DNA of 64,000 nt from contig OZ245006.1 in NCBI GenBank assembly GCA_965223545.1, positions 6,016,001 through 6,080,000 of the forward strand, in the 5' to 3' direction. The notes under the pieces were generated by a model. The model was not told the origin of the DNA, did not search any database, and saw only the letters and a list, made by a program, of their open reading frames with translations. The translations under genes were made by a program, and so were the position numbers. The DNA is from Planctomycetota bacterium. Its GTDB lineage: Bacteria; Planctomycetota; UBA1135; UBA2386. Shown here one piece after another: positions 17,751-27,884 of this stretch; position 1 is the stretch's first letter; every line of letters begins with the position of its first letter.

Positions 17751-18460
17751 TTCTCCACCAGGCCGTCGATCTCGATCTCTTCGACGAAGTCGAAGCCGGC
17801 CGCGGCCAGCTCGGCGATCACTTCCTGTTTGCCGGCGCGGACGTGGTTCAGCACCCATTCGCGGCTGACGCCCGGAATGCGCTCGAAGTCGACGATGACC
17901 AGATCGCCGCCCGGCCGCAGTGCCGCGCGGATCGACGCCAGCGTGCTGCGCGGGTACTCGAAATGGTGGTAGGTGTCGCAGAGGAACACCGCGTCGACCG
18001 AGGCCGTAGGCAGCTCGGCGGAGCGCTCCGTGCAGTGCACGACTTCGACGTTGGCATTTCGCATCTCCGCGGCGCGCCCGCGCAAGTGGGCGACCATCGC
18101 CGGTGCGATGTCAACGGCGTAGACCTTGCCGCCTGCGCCGACCGCGGTTGCCAGGGGCTCGAGGAACAGGCCCGTGCCCGCGCCGATGTCGGCCACCGAC
18201 TGGCCGGGCCGCAGGCCGATCGCCGCGGTGATCGAAGCGCGCTCGGCGGCGATCTCGCGGCTCTCGGTTTCGAAGCGCGCGACCATCTCGTCGATGTCGA
18301 GGTCCTCGGACAGGTAGCTGTCGTTGATGCCCGGGCGGACGCTCTCTTCGGGAGCGGCACACGCGAGCAGGGTCAGCGACACCGCGCCCGCACCCAGCAG
18401 TGCGGATGCGTTGGCGCGGCGGTCGGATCGGGTTGACTGCCAGTTGCGGGAGGCGACCAT
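17723..18460 (-). CDS. class I SAM-dependent methyltransferase with lipoprotein signal
   Basis: VADIGAGTG, VYAVDI, VFLCDTYHHFEYP, LRPGG; lipobox-like LLAC. Confidence 0.85.
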   Translation of the reverse strand: MVASRNWQSTRSDRRANASALLGAGAVSLTLLACAAPEESVRPGINDSYLSEDLDIDEMVARFETESREIAAERASITAAIGLRPGQSVADIGAGTGLFLEPLATAVGAGGKVYAVDIAPAMVAHLRGRAAEMRNANVEVVHCTERSAELPTASVDAVFLCDTYHHFEYPRSTLASIRAALRPGGDLVIVDFERIPGVSREWVLNHVRAGKQEVIAELAAAGFDFVEEIEIDGLVENYFVRFRRR

Positions 18461-18513
18461 GCCGGCGAGTCTAGCCCGGAGCGTGCCGGGTTACGCTGGC
18501 GGGCGAAAGACAC

Positions 18514-18978
18514 ATGCATCACACCCAGGATCCCTACCGTGTGCTGCAGCGCCTCGCCGGCACGTGGTCGGGCGCGGAGGTCGTGCGCCCGCCCCTGGTG
18601 CCGGCGGAATGCGCGGCCGACGGCGAGCTGATCGCGGCGGTCCGCCTCGGCGGTCGTTTCGTGGTCACCGACTATCGCCAGTCGCGGCAGGGCGCGGCCG
18701 ATTTCGAGGGGCACGGGGTGTACGGCTACGACCCCGACCGCGGGCTGTACACGATGCATTGGTTCGACGCCGCGAGCCCGGTGTCCGGCCCGGTGGCCGA
18801 GGGGCGTTGGAGCGGCGAGACGCTGTCGTTCGAGCGGACCGGCGCCCTCGGCGCGGCGCGCTACTCCTACCGCTGGCCCGTGCCCGACCGGCTGCACTTC
18901 GAGCTGGCGTTGGCGGCGGCGGACGGCGGCTGGGCAGTGGCGCTGCGGGGGGACTACCGCCGCCGGGCGCGGGCGTAG
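18514..18978 (+). CDS. DUF1579 family protein
   Basis: LAGTWSG...LGGRFV...FEGHGVYGYD...WFD pattern. Confidence 0.7.
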   Translation: MHHTQDPYRVLQRLAGTWSGAEVVRPPLVPAECAADGELIAAVRLGGRFVVTDYRQSRQGAADFEGHGVYGYDPDRGLYTMHWFDAASPVSGPVAEGRWSGETLSFERTGALGAARYSYRWPVPDRLHFELALAAADGGWAVALRGDYRRRARA

Positions 18979-19005
18979 CGAGAAAATCGAGTCAGACTCG
19001 GTACT
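18977..19005 (+). repeat. 29-bp REP-like intergenic repeat, copy 2
   Basis: agcgagaaaatcgagtcagactcggtact; contains the perfect palindrome CGAGTC-A-GACTCG. Confidence 0.75.
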
Positions 19006-19072
19006 TTCGCGGTGGCAGCGGGGTTGTGCAGTCGTCGGAGGGGGCGCCGTTCTCGCGGTATCATCCGTCACC

Positions 19073-19774
19073 ATGGGCTGGTTTCCCCGTCGCCGCCGTC
19101 CGTCCGATCCGCCGCCGTCGCCGTCCGACGGCGCGCGTCCGCCGGAGACGGTGATGGACGTCCGCCGGGCGCAGCAGCCCGACGGGTCGGCTTCCTGGCA
19201 GGGGTCGTGGCAGCGGCTGTCGGAGCGCGTGCACGGCTTTCTGCGCGGCAAGTTCGGCGGCGCGCGGTTGCCGTACGACGTCGAGTTCGACGATCTGTTC
19301 GCCGCGGTGCTGGTGCGGATGCTGCGGGATCTGCCGCGGCTGCAGGTCGGCGATCGGGCCGAGTTCTGGGCCTGGGTGCGTCGTTTGGCCTCCAACCAGA
19401 TCGTCGACTTCTGGCGGCAGCACGGCCGGCAGAGCTCGGGCTCGGCCAACGTCGAGCAGGTCCAGGGCGAGGAGGGCGACCAGTGGCTGGACCAGGTCTG
19501 CGACCGCGCGGCGCACACGGGGGGTGCGCTGCTGCGTGCCCGTGAGCTCGAGGATGCCGAAGAGGCTTGCGCCCGAACGTTGCTCAACGAGCGCGTGCGG
19601 GCCATCTACCTGCTGCGCCGCCGCGAGGAGCTCCCGTTCGCCGAGATCGCGGCGCGCGTGGGAGACGCCAACGCGGACATCACGCGGGTCACGTTTCGCC
19701 GGGCCAAGGGGCGGGTGCTGCAGTGCCTGCGCACCAAGCTGGACGGCTACGAGGGCGCCGCGACGCGGTTCTGA
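19073..19774 (+). CDS. ECF-type RNA polymerase sigma factor
   Basis: Region 2 (DDLFAAVLVR...FWAWVRRLASNQIVDFWR) and region 4 (IYLLRRREELPFAEIAARVG...RRAK); the start may be 19154. Confidence 0.8.
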   Translation: MGWFPRRRRPSDPPPSPSDGARPPETVMDVRRAQQPDGSASWQGSWQRLSERVHGFLRGKFGGARLPYDVEFDDLFAAVLVRMLRDLPRLQVGDRAEFWAWVRRLASNQIVDFWRQHGRQSSGSANVEQVQGEEGDQWLDQVCDRAAHTGGALLRARELEDAEEACARTLLNERVRAIYLLRRREELPFAEIAARVGDANADITRVTFRRAKGRVLQCLRTKLDGYEGAATRF

Positions 19775-19896
19775 CCGCGCTGGCCGAGGCGCGCGAGCGC
19801 GCTTTCGAAAAAAAAGTCAGGCGCTCGATGATGCGGCAAAAACGCCGTTCCAGGGCAGGATGCCCCAACCTGTAGTGGCCGGTCGCTGCCCGGGTC

Positions 19897-20034
19897 CCGG
19901 TGGTGGGGGAGATCGTTGTTCAAAGATTGTGGATTGGGCAGCAGCGTGCAACCCGTGCCCATTCATGCCCATCGGAGGCCCTTGATGCCCTCGAAACTGG
20001 GTGGTAGGGTGCAACTCAGTGGTGGCGATAGTCG
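19897..20034 (+). promoter_or_regulatory. putative dcw promoter region with GTGG/TGGG repeats (candidate MraZ boxes)
   Basis: Several GTGG/TGGG words upstream of mraZ; MraZ is known to bind such repeats, but the spacing here is irregular. Confidence 0.3.
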
Positions 20035-20058
20035 AAAGCCCCTCTCGACCCACAGCGG

Positions 20059-20544
20059 ATGGCACACAGGTACCAAGGCGCGTCGCGGCAGCGGTTGGAC
20101 GACCGCGGTCGGCTGCACGTGCCGCAGCGGTGGCAGCCCCGAATCGCCGAGGTCGGCGAGATGGTGCTCACCGCCGGGCCGATGGGCTGTCTCTGGCTGC
20201 TCGAGCCCGACACCTGGGACGAGTTGGTCGCGGCCGTCGAGGGACCGTCGCTGCAGTCGAGCGAGCAGCAGATGCTGCGCGCGCTGCTGCTCGGCCATGC
20301 CGAGACCGTCACCGTCGACAAGAACAACCGGATCTTGGTGAGCGAATCGCAACGCGCCTACGCCGACCTGTTGAACTCCAACGCGGTGTTCTTGGTGGGT
20401 ACGGGCCGCGAGATCTGCATCTGGTCCCAGGACAACTGGGACCGGCAGATCGCCGCCGCCAAGACCAACAGTCTGCTCTTTGATCAGTCTTCTCATTCCG
20501 GGTCCAAGCCAGTCGAGGCCCCGGTGTCCATCGCGAACGGTTGA
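20059..20544 (+). CDS. mraZ: division/cell-wall cluster repressor MraZ
   Basis: Two SpoVT/AbrB repeats (LDDRGRLHVP, VDKNNRILV), ICIWS; first gene of the dcw cluster. Confidence 0.85.
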   Translation: MAHRYQGASRQRLDDRGRLHVPQRWQPRIAEVGEMVLTAGPMGCLWLLEPDTWDELVAAVEGPSLQSSEQQMLRALLLGHAETVTVDKNNRILVSESQRAYADLLNSNAVFLVGTGREICIWSQDNWDRQIAAAKTNSLLFDQSSHSGSKPVEAPVSIANG

Positions 20545-20609
20545 GCGCTGCCAACCCGACGCCACCCTTATCTTCCTTGGCGGGGCGGTCCGGCAACAGG
20601 GGGTAAGCA

Positions 20610-21557
20610 GTGGTTTACAAGGGTAGTGGGAGTCGCTCGGGCGGCGCGGGCGATGAGCCGGTCAGGGTTCATCAGCCGGTGCTGTCGCGGGAGGTTCTCG
20701 ACGTGTTGGGTTTGGCACCCGGCATGACGGTTTTGGATGGCACCGTCGGAGCTCTCGGCCACGGGAGGGATATTGCGTTGGCCGTGAGCCCCGGAGGGGT
20801 CCTCGTAGGGTTGGACCGGGACGCCGAGATCCTGGCCCGTGCGCGCGAGACGCTGCAACGGGAGGTGCGCGACGCGAGCGTGCGGGCCGGGGTCCGGCTT
20901 TTTCATCGTTCCTACTCCCGGATGCGCGAGGTGCTGGCCGAGCTCGGTCTCGCCGGCTGCGACCGCGTGTTTCTCGACCTGGGAGTCAGCTCGCTTCACC
21001 TCGATCGCCCCGAACGGGGCTTCTCATTCATGCACGACGCGCCGCTCGACATGCGCATGGACCAGAGCGCACCGCTGACGGCGGCGGCGTGGCTGGCCTC
21101 GGTCGACGAGGCCGAGCTGGCGGATGTCCTGTGGCGCTACGGCGAGGAGCGCTACTCGCGCCGCATCGCGCGCCGGGTCTGCGAGGCGGTTGCCGCCGGC
21201 GTGATGCAGCGCACCTCGGATCTCGAACGCGCGGTGTGGAGCGCGGTGCCGCGCGCCGCGCGTCACGGCCGCGTGCACCCGGCGACGCGCACCTTCCAGG
21301 CCGTGCGCATCGCCGTCAACGACGAGCTCGGCGAGCTGGAGCGCGGTCTCGACGCCGCCTTCGACGTGCTGCGCGAGGACGGCCGGTTGGCGGTCATCTC
21401 GTTCCACTCGCTCGAGGATCGCATGGTCAAGCGGTTCATGGTGGCGCGCATGCGCCGCCTGCACAGCAAGCCGATCACCGCCGGTGAAGACGAGACGGCG
21501 CGCAACCCCCGCGCGCGCAGCGCCAAGCTGCGCTGTGCGATCAAGAGGGCCGCATGA
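20610..21557 (+). CDS. rsmH: 16S rRNA m4C1402 methyltransferase RsmH/MraW
   Basis: HQPVL, DGTVGALGH, DLGVSS, RGFSF, PLDMRMD, HPATRTFQA, ISFHSLEDR, NPRARSAKLR. Confidence 0.95.
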   Translation: MVYKGSGSRSGGAGDEPVRVHQPVLSREVLDVLGLAPGMTVLDGTVGALGHGRDIALAVSPGGVLVGLDRDAEILARARETLQREVRDASVRAGVRLFHRSYSRMREVLAELGLAGCDRVFLDLGVSSLHLDRPERGFSFMHDAPLDMRMDQSAPLTAAAWLASVDEAELADVLWRYGEERYSRRIARRVCEAVAAGVMQRTSDLERAVWSAVPRAARHGRVHPATRTFQAVRIAVNDELGELERGLDAAFDVLREDGRLAVISFHSLEDRMVKRFMVARMRRLHSKPITAGEDETARNPRARSAKLRCAIKRAA

Positions 21558-21790
21558 GATGGGGTCTCGCCGGAGTCTGCTTCGCGGCGTTGGTGGCGGT
21601 GACGGTGGCGACCGCCGCACTCCGCGCGCGCAACACCGCGGCGCGGGCGCGGATCCAGCGGCTCGAATGGCGCATCTCGGGTTGTGCGGTGGAGGCCGCG
21701 CGGCGCGACTTCGCGGTGCAGGCGGCGACCGACGCCGCCCGGCTGGCGCGGATGTGGCGCGCGGTCCAGGACCCCGCCCACCTGCAGTGA
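21554..21790 (+). CDS. FtsL-like small bitopic protein
   Basis: TM segment plus short coiled coil, in the FtsL slot between rsmH and the PBP gene; ATGA overlap. Confidence 0.55.
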   Translation: MRWGLAGVCFAALVAVTVATAALRARNTAARARIQRLEWRISGCAVEAARRDFAVQAATDAARLARMWRAVQDPAHLQ

Positions 21791-21833
21791 GTGCCGTGCG
21801 CCGCAGCCGGCGTGCCGGCGGGGAGATGCGCTG

Positions 21834-23810
21834 ATGGACGGCATGGGGATGCGCGCCAGCGTCTGCTTCGCGATGCTCGGCGCGATCGCGGTGCTGCTGA
21901 TCGGCCGCCTCACCTACCTGCAGACCAGTCGCGCCGCGCTCAACCGCGAGGCGGTGGCGCGGCAGCGCGACCGCCACGAGGCGCTGCCCGCACCGCGCGG
22001 CACGATCGTCGATCGTCGTGACCGGTGGCTGGCCTACGACCGCCCCGTGTTCGAAGTGCGCGCCGAGGCCTACGCCCAGCTGCCGGCCGACCGGCGCGCC
22101 GACGCGCTCGATGAGTTCTGCCGGCGATTGGCGGCCGACCTGGTGTTCGCCTTCTGTGCCGACCCGGAGTTTCGCACCGACGTCGTGCGCCAGCGCGACA
22201 TGCGCGAGGGGCTGCTGTATCGCATGGCGCAGTGCCCCGTCGACGACGCCCACTTGCGCCGTCTGCGCCGGGAAGGCGGGGTCGCGGTCGATCAGCTGCG
22301 GCTCGACTTCCTGGTCAGTGCTTCGGTCGACTCGGCCGCCGTGCTCGAGCGGCTCGAGGCGGTCGACCGCAGCCGCAGCGGCGTCTATCTGCACCGGATC
22401 CGGCGCTTCGAGCGTTGCTACCCCGACCGCGAGATCACCTATGGCCCGGTCGGATTCGTCGGCGAGCTCGATCTCGGCACCGGCGAGAGTGCGCCGGTGT
22501 TTCGCGGCATGGAGGCGTTCTCCGGGTTGTTGCCCGGGGCCGGCGGGACGGTGACGTCGTGGCAGGACGCCCGCGCGCGGCGCTACTGGACCGCCGCGAT
22601 CCGGCCGCCGCCGGCGCCGGTCGTGCTGCAGTCCACGCTGGATCTGGAGCTGCAGCGGGCGGCCACCGAAGAGCTGCGCCGCGCCGTCGACGCGGTTGCC
22701 GAGCGCTACGGAGAGCCGGCCGAATGGGCGACGCTGTGTCTCGCCGAGGTCGCCACCGGCAACCTCTTGGCGATGGCCTCGTACCGCGATGGCGCCCACC
22801 CCAAGGTGGCGGCCTTCTCGCCGACCCAGTGCCTCTACCCGCCGGGATCGGTGGTCAAGCCGCTGGTGTTCGCGATGGCCTTGGAGCAGGGACTGCTCGA
22901 TTGGTACGGCGAGCGCATCGACTGCACCACCACCGGCAAGTGGCGCGTGCCGGGCGTGCGGCGCACGATCACCGACACCCACGAAGTCGGCACCGTCGAG
23001 CCGCGCCAAGTGCTGGTGGAGAGCAGCAACATCGGCGCGGTCAAGGTCGGCATGCGGCTCGCGCGCCACCAGATGGAGGACTATCTGCGCCGCTTTCGGT
23101 GGGGCACACGGACCGCGAGCAAGCTGGTGGGCGAAAAGGCCGGCACGCGGCCGACCGAGCTCGAGTCGATGAGCGATCGGGGCTACTTCGGCTACACCGC
23201 TCCGTCGTTGAGCATGGGCTACGACTACCACGTCACGCCCCTGCAGCTGCTGCGCGCGTTCGTCATTCTGCTCAACCGCCGCGACTGCGACCTGCGGCTC
23301 TACGAGCGCTTGGCCACGCCAGCCGGCGTGCGCCAGCTGCCTCCGGCCCCCCGCGGGCAGCCGTTCTTGTCGGCAGGGAACCTCGAGCTGTTGATCGACG
23401 CGATGCGCGGCGTGGTGGGCGACCACCCGCAGGCCACGGGCCGGCACCTCGCCGCCGAGTTGCGCGCGCTGGGGCGGCCGGGGCTGGTGGCGGGCAAGAC
23501 CGGCACGTCGGAGTACAACGAGCGTCGCGAAGTCGACGGGCAGCGGCGGGCGGTGATGGTGCGCAGCGCTTCGTTCGCCGGTTTCGCGCCGGCGCACGCG
23601 CCGCGCTACGTCGCGATCTGCGTTTTACAAAAACCCAGGGCTACCGCTTTCTGGGGGGGCAAGTATGCTGCTCCGGCGGCAGGCAGATTGCTGCTCCGAG
23701 CCCTGGATGGATCCGAGGACGCGCGTCCCGGATCCCGTGTCGCGCCGGCGTCGGTCAGGACGTCGCGCGTTGGTTGGACGAGTGGCAGCCAGTCTGCGAT
23801 TGGGCGGTGA
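21834..23810 (+). CDS. ftsI: class B penicillin-binding protein (FtsI/PBP3-like)
   Basis: N-terminal TM, APRGTIVDR, STLDLELQ; catalytic SxxK (GSVVKP), SxN (SSNIG) and KTG motifs. Confidence 0.85.
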   Translation: MDGMGMRASVCFAMLGAIAVLLIGRLTYLQTSRAALNREAVARQRDRHEALPAPRGTIVDRRDRWLAYDRPVFEVRAEAYAQLPADRRADALDEFCRRLAADLVFAFCADPEFRTDVVRQRDMREGLLYRMAQCPVDDAHLRRLRREGGVAVDQLRLDFLVSASVDSAAVLERLEAVDRSRSGVYLHRIRRFERCYPDREITYGPVGFVGELDLGTGESAPVFRGMEAFSGLLPGAGGTVTSWQDARARRYWTAAIRPPPAPVVLQSTLDLELQRAATEELRRAVDAVAERYGEPAEWATLCLAEVATGNLLAMASYRDGAHPKVAAFSPTQCLYPPGSVVKPLVFAMALEQGLLDWYGERIDCTTTGKWRVPGVRRTITDTHEVGTVEPRQVLVESSNIGAVKVGMRLARHQMEDYLRRFRWGTRTASKLVGEKAGTRPTELESMSDRGYFGYTAPSLSMGYDYHVTPLQLLRAFVILLNRRDCDLRLYERLATPAGVRQLPPAPRGQPFLSAGNLELLIDAMRGVVGDHPQATGRHLAAELRALGRPGLVAGKTGTSEYNERREVDGQRRAVMVRSASFAGFAPAHAPRYVAICVLQKPRATAFWGGKYAAPAAGRLLLRALDGSEDARPGSRVAPASVRTSRVGWTSGSQSAIGR

Positions 23811-25324
23811 TGACAGAGCTTGCGTATCCTTCGGGCCTCGCGCAGAGGTCGGCTTCTCTGGGCTTGTGGACGCTGCGTGAAGTGTTGCGTCCGGTGCGCG
23901 AGCTGGAGTTCCGCGATGTCGTGGTCGAGGGGCTCGCCTGCCATAGCGCGGAAGTGACCCCGGGGTCACTGTTCTTCGCGGTGCCGGGCACGACCTGCGA
24001 CGGCGCCGACTACGCCCGCGAGGCGGTCGGCCGCGGTGCCGCCGCCATCGTCAGCCAGGCCCCGCTGCAGGTGCCCTGTCCGGTGCTCGTCGTCGAGGAC
24101 TGCCGCAAGGCGCTGGCCGACGCCGCCGGCTATTTCTACGGGCGGCCGTCGCGGGGGCTGTCGGTGGTGGGGGTCACCGGGACCAATGGCAAGACCACCG
24201 TCGTCAACTTGATCCGCGCCTGCTTGGAAGCGGACCGGCGCTCGGTCGGCCTGTTGGGGACCACCGGCTACGAGTACGCGGGTCGCCGCATCCCGGCCAC
24301 CAACACGACGCCGGATCCGCTGCGCCTGCAGGGTTATCTGCGCGAGATGGTGGACCGCGGCTGCAACGCGTGCGTGATGGAAGTCAGTAGCCACGCCCTG
24401 GTGCAGGAGCGCGTCCGCGGCGTCGACTTCGACGTCGGCGTGTTCCTCAACCTCAGCCAGGACCACCTGGACTACCACGGCGACATGCGCCGCTACGCGG
24501 CTGCCAAGGCCAAGTTGTTCGCGCAGCTCGAGGCGGGCGCGACGGCGTGTCTGTCGGCGGACACGCGCGCCGCCGACGTGATGAGCCATGCCCTCGACGC
24601 CGGCGTGCGCACGCGGTCGTTCGGCCTGCACGCGGATGCCGAGCTGCGCGCCGAAAACCTGTCGTGCAGCCTGGAGGGCACGCGCTTCGAGCTGGTGATG
24701 CCGCGCGGCCGCGTCGACCTGTGGCTGCGCTTGCCGGGCAAGCACAACGTGCAGAACGCGCTGGCGGCGGCGAGTGCCGCGCTGGCTTTGGGCGTTTCCG
24801 AGCTCACCGTCGCGTGGGCACTCGAGGAGGCTCGGCCGGTGCGCGGCCGCCTGGAGATGGTCGGCTACCGCTCCGGCGTGCGGGTGTTCGTCGACTACGC
24901 GCACACGCCCGACGCTCTCGAGAAGGTGTGCGCCACGCTGCGACCGCTGACCGAGGGGCGCTTGATCGTCGTCTTCGGCTGCGGCGGCGATCGCGACCGT
25001 GGCAAGCGGCCGCTGATGGCGCGCGCCGTGGCGCGGTGGGCCGACGTCGCCCTGCTGACCAGCGACAACCCGCGTTCGGAAGATCCCGAACGGATCCTGG
25101 ACGAGATGGAGGTCGGCCTCGCCGACCAGTCGATCGTCTACGGTCGGGTGGTGGACCGCGCCGAGGCGATCGCCTGCGCGCTGCACGAGGCCAAGCGCGG
25201 CGATGCGGTGTTGATCGCCGGCAAGGGCCACGAGACTTATCAGATCCTGCGCGACTCGGTGGTCCCGTTCGACGACCGCCAAGTGGCGCGCGACATTCTC
25301 GACGCGACGGAGGATACGCGATGA
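23810..25324 (+). CDS. murE: UDP-MurNAc-tripeptide synthetase MurE (meso-DAP type)
   Basis: GVTGTNGKTT, NTTPD, MEVSSHAL, DHLDYH, VDYAHTPD, FGCGGDRD, DNPR (mDAP specificity), AGKGHE. Confidence 0.95.
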   Translation: MTELAYPSGLAQRSASLGLWTLREVLRPVRELEFRDVVVEGLACHSAEVTPGSLFFAVPGTTCDGADYAREAVGRGAAAIVSQAPLQVPCPVLVVEDCRKALADAAGYFYGRPSRGLSVVGVTGTNGKTTVVNLIRACLEADRRSVGLLGTTGYEYAGRRIPATNTTPDPLRLQGYLREMVDRGCNACVMEVSSHALVQERVRGVDFDVGVFLNLSQDHLDYHGDMRRYAAAKAKLFAQLEAGATACLSADTRAADVMSHALDAGVRTRSFGLHADAELRAENLSCSLEGTRFELVMPRGRVDLWLRLPGKHNVQNALAAASAALALGVSELTVAWALEEARPVRGRLEMVGYRSGVRVFVDYAHTPDALEKVCATLRPLTEGRLIVVFGCGGDRDRGKRPLMARAVARWADVALLTSDNPRSEDPERILDEMEVGLADQSIVYGRVVDRAEAIACALHEAKRGDAVLIAGKGHETYQILRDSVVPFDDRQVARDILDATEDTR

Positions 25325-26724
25325 TGCGCACCGAGCTCGCCGGTCCCCCCAACTTGTGGCGCGCGGGTCAGATCGCGCGGGTCTGCAAGGGCCGTGTGGT
25401 CCATCGGGGGGCCGTCGCGCGGGAAGTGGTCACGGACACCCGGGACCTCGGTCCCGGGGCGTGCTTCGTGGCCCTGTCCGGCGACCGATTCGATGGCCAC
25501 GATTTCGTCCGCGACGCGCTCGCGCGCGGCGCGGCCGGCGTCGTCGTCAGCCGCAACCTGCCGCGTCTCAAGGTGCCGGACGGCTCGTTCGTGGTGCGTG
25601 TGCCGGACACCAACGTCGCGCTGCAGGCGATGGCGCGGCGCCACCGCCGCGCGCACGACGCCAAGGTGATCGGCATCACCGGCTCGTGTGGCAAGACCAC
25701 GACCAAGGACATGCTCGGCGCGGTGCTGGGCCGTGCGATGCCGACCGTGCGTTCGCCCAAGTCGTACAACAACCACATCGGCGTGCCGTTGACGCTGTTG
25801 ATGCTGACGCCGGAGACCCGCGCGGCGGTGGTCGAAGTCGGCACCAGCGAGCCCGGCGAGATCGCCGCGCTGACGCGGATCGTGCAGCCCGACGTCGCCA
25901 TCGTGACCTGTGTCGCCGAGGCCCACCTCGCCGGCCTCGGCTCGATCGGCGGCGTGGCGCGGGAGAAGAGCAGCTTGGTCGCCGGCCTGTCGCCCGACGG
26001 CGTTGCCATCCTCAACGGCGACGACGAGGCGTGCCGGGCGATGGCGAAGGTCACCAAGGCCCGCGTCGAGTTCGTCCGCATCGACAGCGAGGCGGAGTGG
26101 TTCGCCACCGACGTTCGCTTCAACGGCATGGGCGTCACCTTCCGGCTGCGCGGCCAGCGGCCGGTGACCCTGCCGATGCTGGGCACGCACAGCGTCTACA
26201 ACGCGCTGTTCACCATCGCCGCGGCGGTCGAGGCCGGCATGGAGCTCGACGCCGTCCTCGAGGCGCTGTGCGAGCTGCCGCCGAGCAGCCGGCGTCTCGA
26301 GCCGAAGGTCGCCGGCGACGTGACCGTGTTCGACGACACCTACAACATGAACCCGGCCTCGGCGCGCGCGGGTCTCTGGGCGCTGTCGGGGCTGTGCGGC
26401 GCGCGCCGCCGGATCGCCGTGTTCGGCGAGATGCTCGAGCTCGGCGAGCGCTCGGACGAGCTGCATCGCCAGCTGGGCGAAGAGGTGGCGCGGGCCGGGA
26501 TCGACGTCTTGGTCACCGTCGGCGAGGGTGCCGCGGCGATTGCCGATGGGGCCAGCGCCGCCGGGATGCGTGCCCGCGCGGTGCACCGCGCCCCCGCCGC
26601 CACCGACGCGCTCGAGCTGCTGGTGGACCTGGTGCGGTCCGGCGATTGTGTGCTGTGCAAGGCATCGCGCCGGATCGGCCTCGACCGGGTCGTCGACGGC
26701 CTCCTCGATCGGCTGAACGGATGA
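25321..26724 (+). CDS. murF: UDP-MurNAc-pentapeptide synthetase MurF
   Basis: TDTR, FDGHDF, GITGSCGKTTTKD, YNNHIGVPLT, DDTYNMNP, GEMLELG, KASR. Confidence 0.95.
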   Translation: MMRTELAGPPNLWRAGQIARVCKGRVVHRGAVAREVVTDTRDLGPGACFVALSGDRFDGHDFVRDALARGAAGVVVSRNLPRLKVPDGSFVVRVPDTNVALQAMARRHRRAHDAKVIGITGSCGKTTTKDMLGAVLGRAMPTVRSPKSYNNHIGVPLTLLMLTPETRAAVVEVGTSEPGEIAALTRIVQPDVAIVTCVAEAHLAGLGSIGGVAREKSSLVAGLSPDGVAILNGDDEACRAMAKVTKARVEFVRIDSEAEWFATDVRFNGMGVTFRLRGQRPVTLPMLGTHSVYNALFTIAAAVEAGMELDAVLEALCELPPSSRRLEPKVAGDVTVFDDTYNMNPASARAGLWALSGLCGARRRIAVFGEMLELGERSDELHRQLGEEVARAGIDVLVTVGEGAAAIADGASAAGMRARAVHRAPAATDALELLVDLVRSGDCVLCKASRRIGLDRVVDGLLDRLNG

Positions 26725-26768
26725 GATCGGCTCCTCGGGCCGGGCCGCGGTAGCGGGGCTGAGCGGCC

Positions 26769-27884
26769 GTGCTCTACGAGCTGTTTGCCGCCCTCGAGGG
26801 TCTGCCCGGTGCGGGGTTGGTGCGCTACATCTCGTTCCGCACCGCCGCGGCGGCGCTGACCGCGTTCGTCTGCGCCCTGTTGTTGGGGCGGCCGGTGATC
26901 GGGTGGCTGCGCCGCGCCGGGATCGGCGAGGACACCGACTCGCCGTCGCCGCAGCTGTCGGAGCTGCACGCCGGCAAGCGCGACACGCCGACCATGGGTG
27001 GGGTGTTCCTGGTCGGCGCGATCGTGCTGGCGGGCGCCCTGTGGATGCGGTTCGACGGCATCAATCGTTACTCGGCGCTCGGGCTCCTGCTGATCGGCTG
27101 GTTCGCGGTGGTGGGGGGGATCGACGACTGGATCAAGCTGACCGTGCCCGGCAAACGGGGGCTGTCGAAGCGAGCCAAGCAGCTGGCGCTGACCGCGGGA
27201 GCGGTGCTCGTCGCCCTGTTGTTGGTGCACGGCGCCGGGCTGCAGTCGGCGCAGGGCGGACCCCACCTCTACTTCCCGTTGATCAAGGACCTCGCGGTGC
27301 CGCTCGCCGTCCTCGGCGGCGTTCCGTTCCTGCTCATCGCCATCGTCGTGCTGACCGGCGCGGCCAACGCGGTCAATCTCACCGACGGGCTGGACGGTCT
27401 GGCGACCGGCTGCGTCGGTATCGCCGCGCTCGCCTACGCGGCGATCACCTACGCGGTGGGGCACGAGGGGTTGGCCGAGTATCTGCTGGTCGAGCACGTG
27501 CCGGGCAGTGGTGAGATCACCGTGCTGATGGGCGCCGTCGTTGGTGCTTCTCTCGCGTTCTTGTGGTACAACGCAGCTCCGGCGCAGGTCTTCATGGGCG
27601 ACGTCGGCAGCCTTGCTCTGGGAGGGGCACTGGGCTACGCCGCCCTGGTCAGTCGGACCGAGCTGGTCTTGTTCGTCGTGGGCGGTGTGTTCGTGGTCGA
27701 GGTGGTCTCGGTGATGGTGCAGGTCGCGGCGTTCCGGGCGACCGGACGTCGGGTGCTGCGCTGTGCACCCCTGCACCATCACTTCCAGTTCGGCGGCATG
27801 CCGGAGACCCGCATCGTCACCCGGTTCTGGATCGTCGCGGCGCTGCTCGGCCTGAGCAGCCTTGCTCTGTTCAAGGTGCGTTGA
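26769..27884 (+). CDS. mraY: phospho-MurNAc-pentapeptide transferase MraY
   Basis: TPTMGG, DD, NAVNLTDGLDGLA, VFMGDVGS, APLHHHF. Confidence 0.95.
   Translation: MLYELFAALEGLPGAGLVRYISFRTAAAALTAFVCALLLGRPVIGWLRRAGIGEDTDSPSPQLSELHAGKRDTPTMGGVFLVGAIVLAGALWMRFDGINRYSALGLLLIGWFAVVGGIDDWIKLTVPGKRGLSKRAKQLALTAGAVLVALLLVHGAGLQSAQGGPHLYFPLIKDLAVPLAVLGGVPFLLIAIVVLTGAANAVNLTDGLDGLATGCVGIAALAYAAITYAVGHEGLAEYLLVEHVPGSGEITVLMGAVVGASLAFLWYNAAPAQVFMGDVGSLALGGALGYAALVSRTELVLFVVGGVFVVEVVSVMVQVAAFRATGRRVLRCAPLHHHFQFGGMPETRIVTRFWIVAALLGLSSLALFKVR

Noticed and set aside
19795..19830. A8 tract after the ECF gene as a terminator
   Set aside because: No convincing adjacent stem, and wrong polarity for the plus-strand gene.
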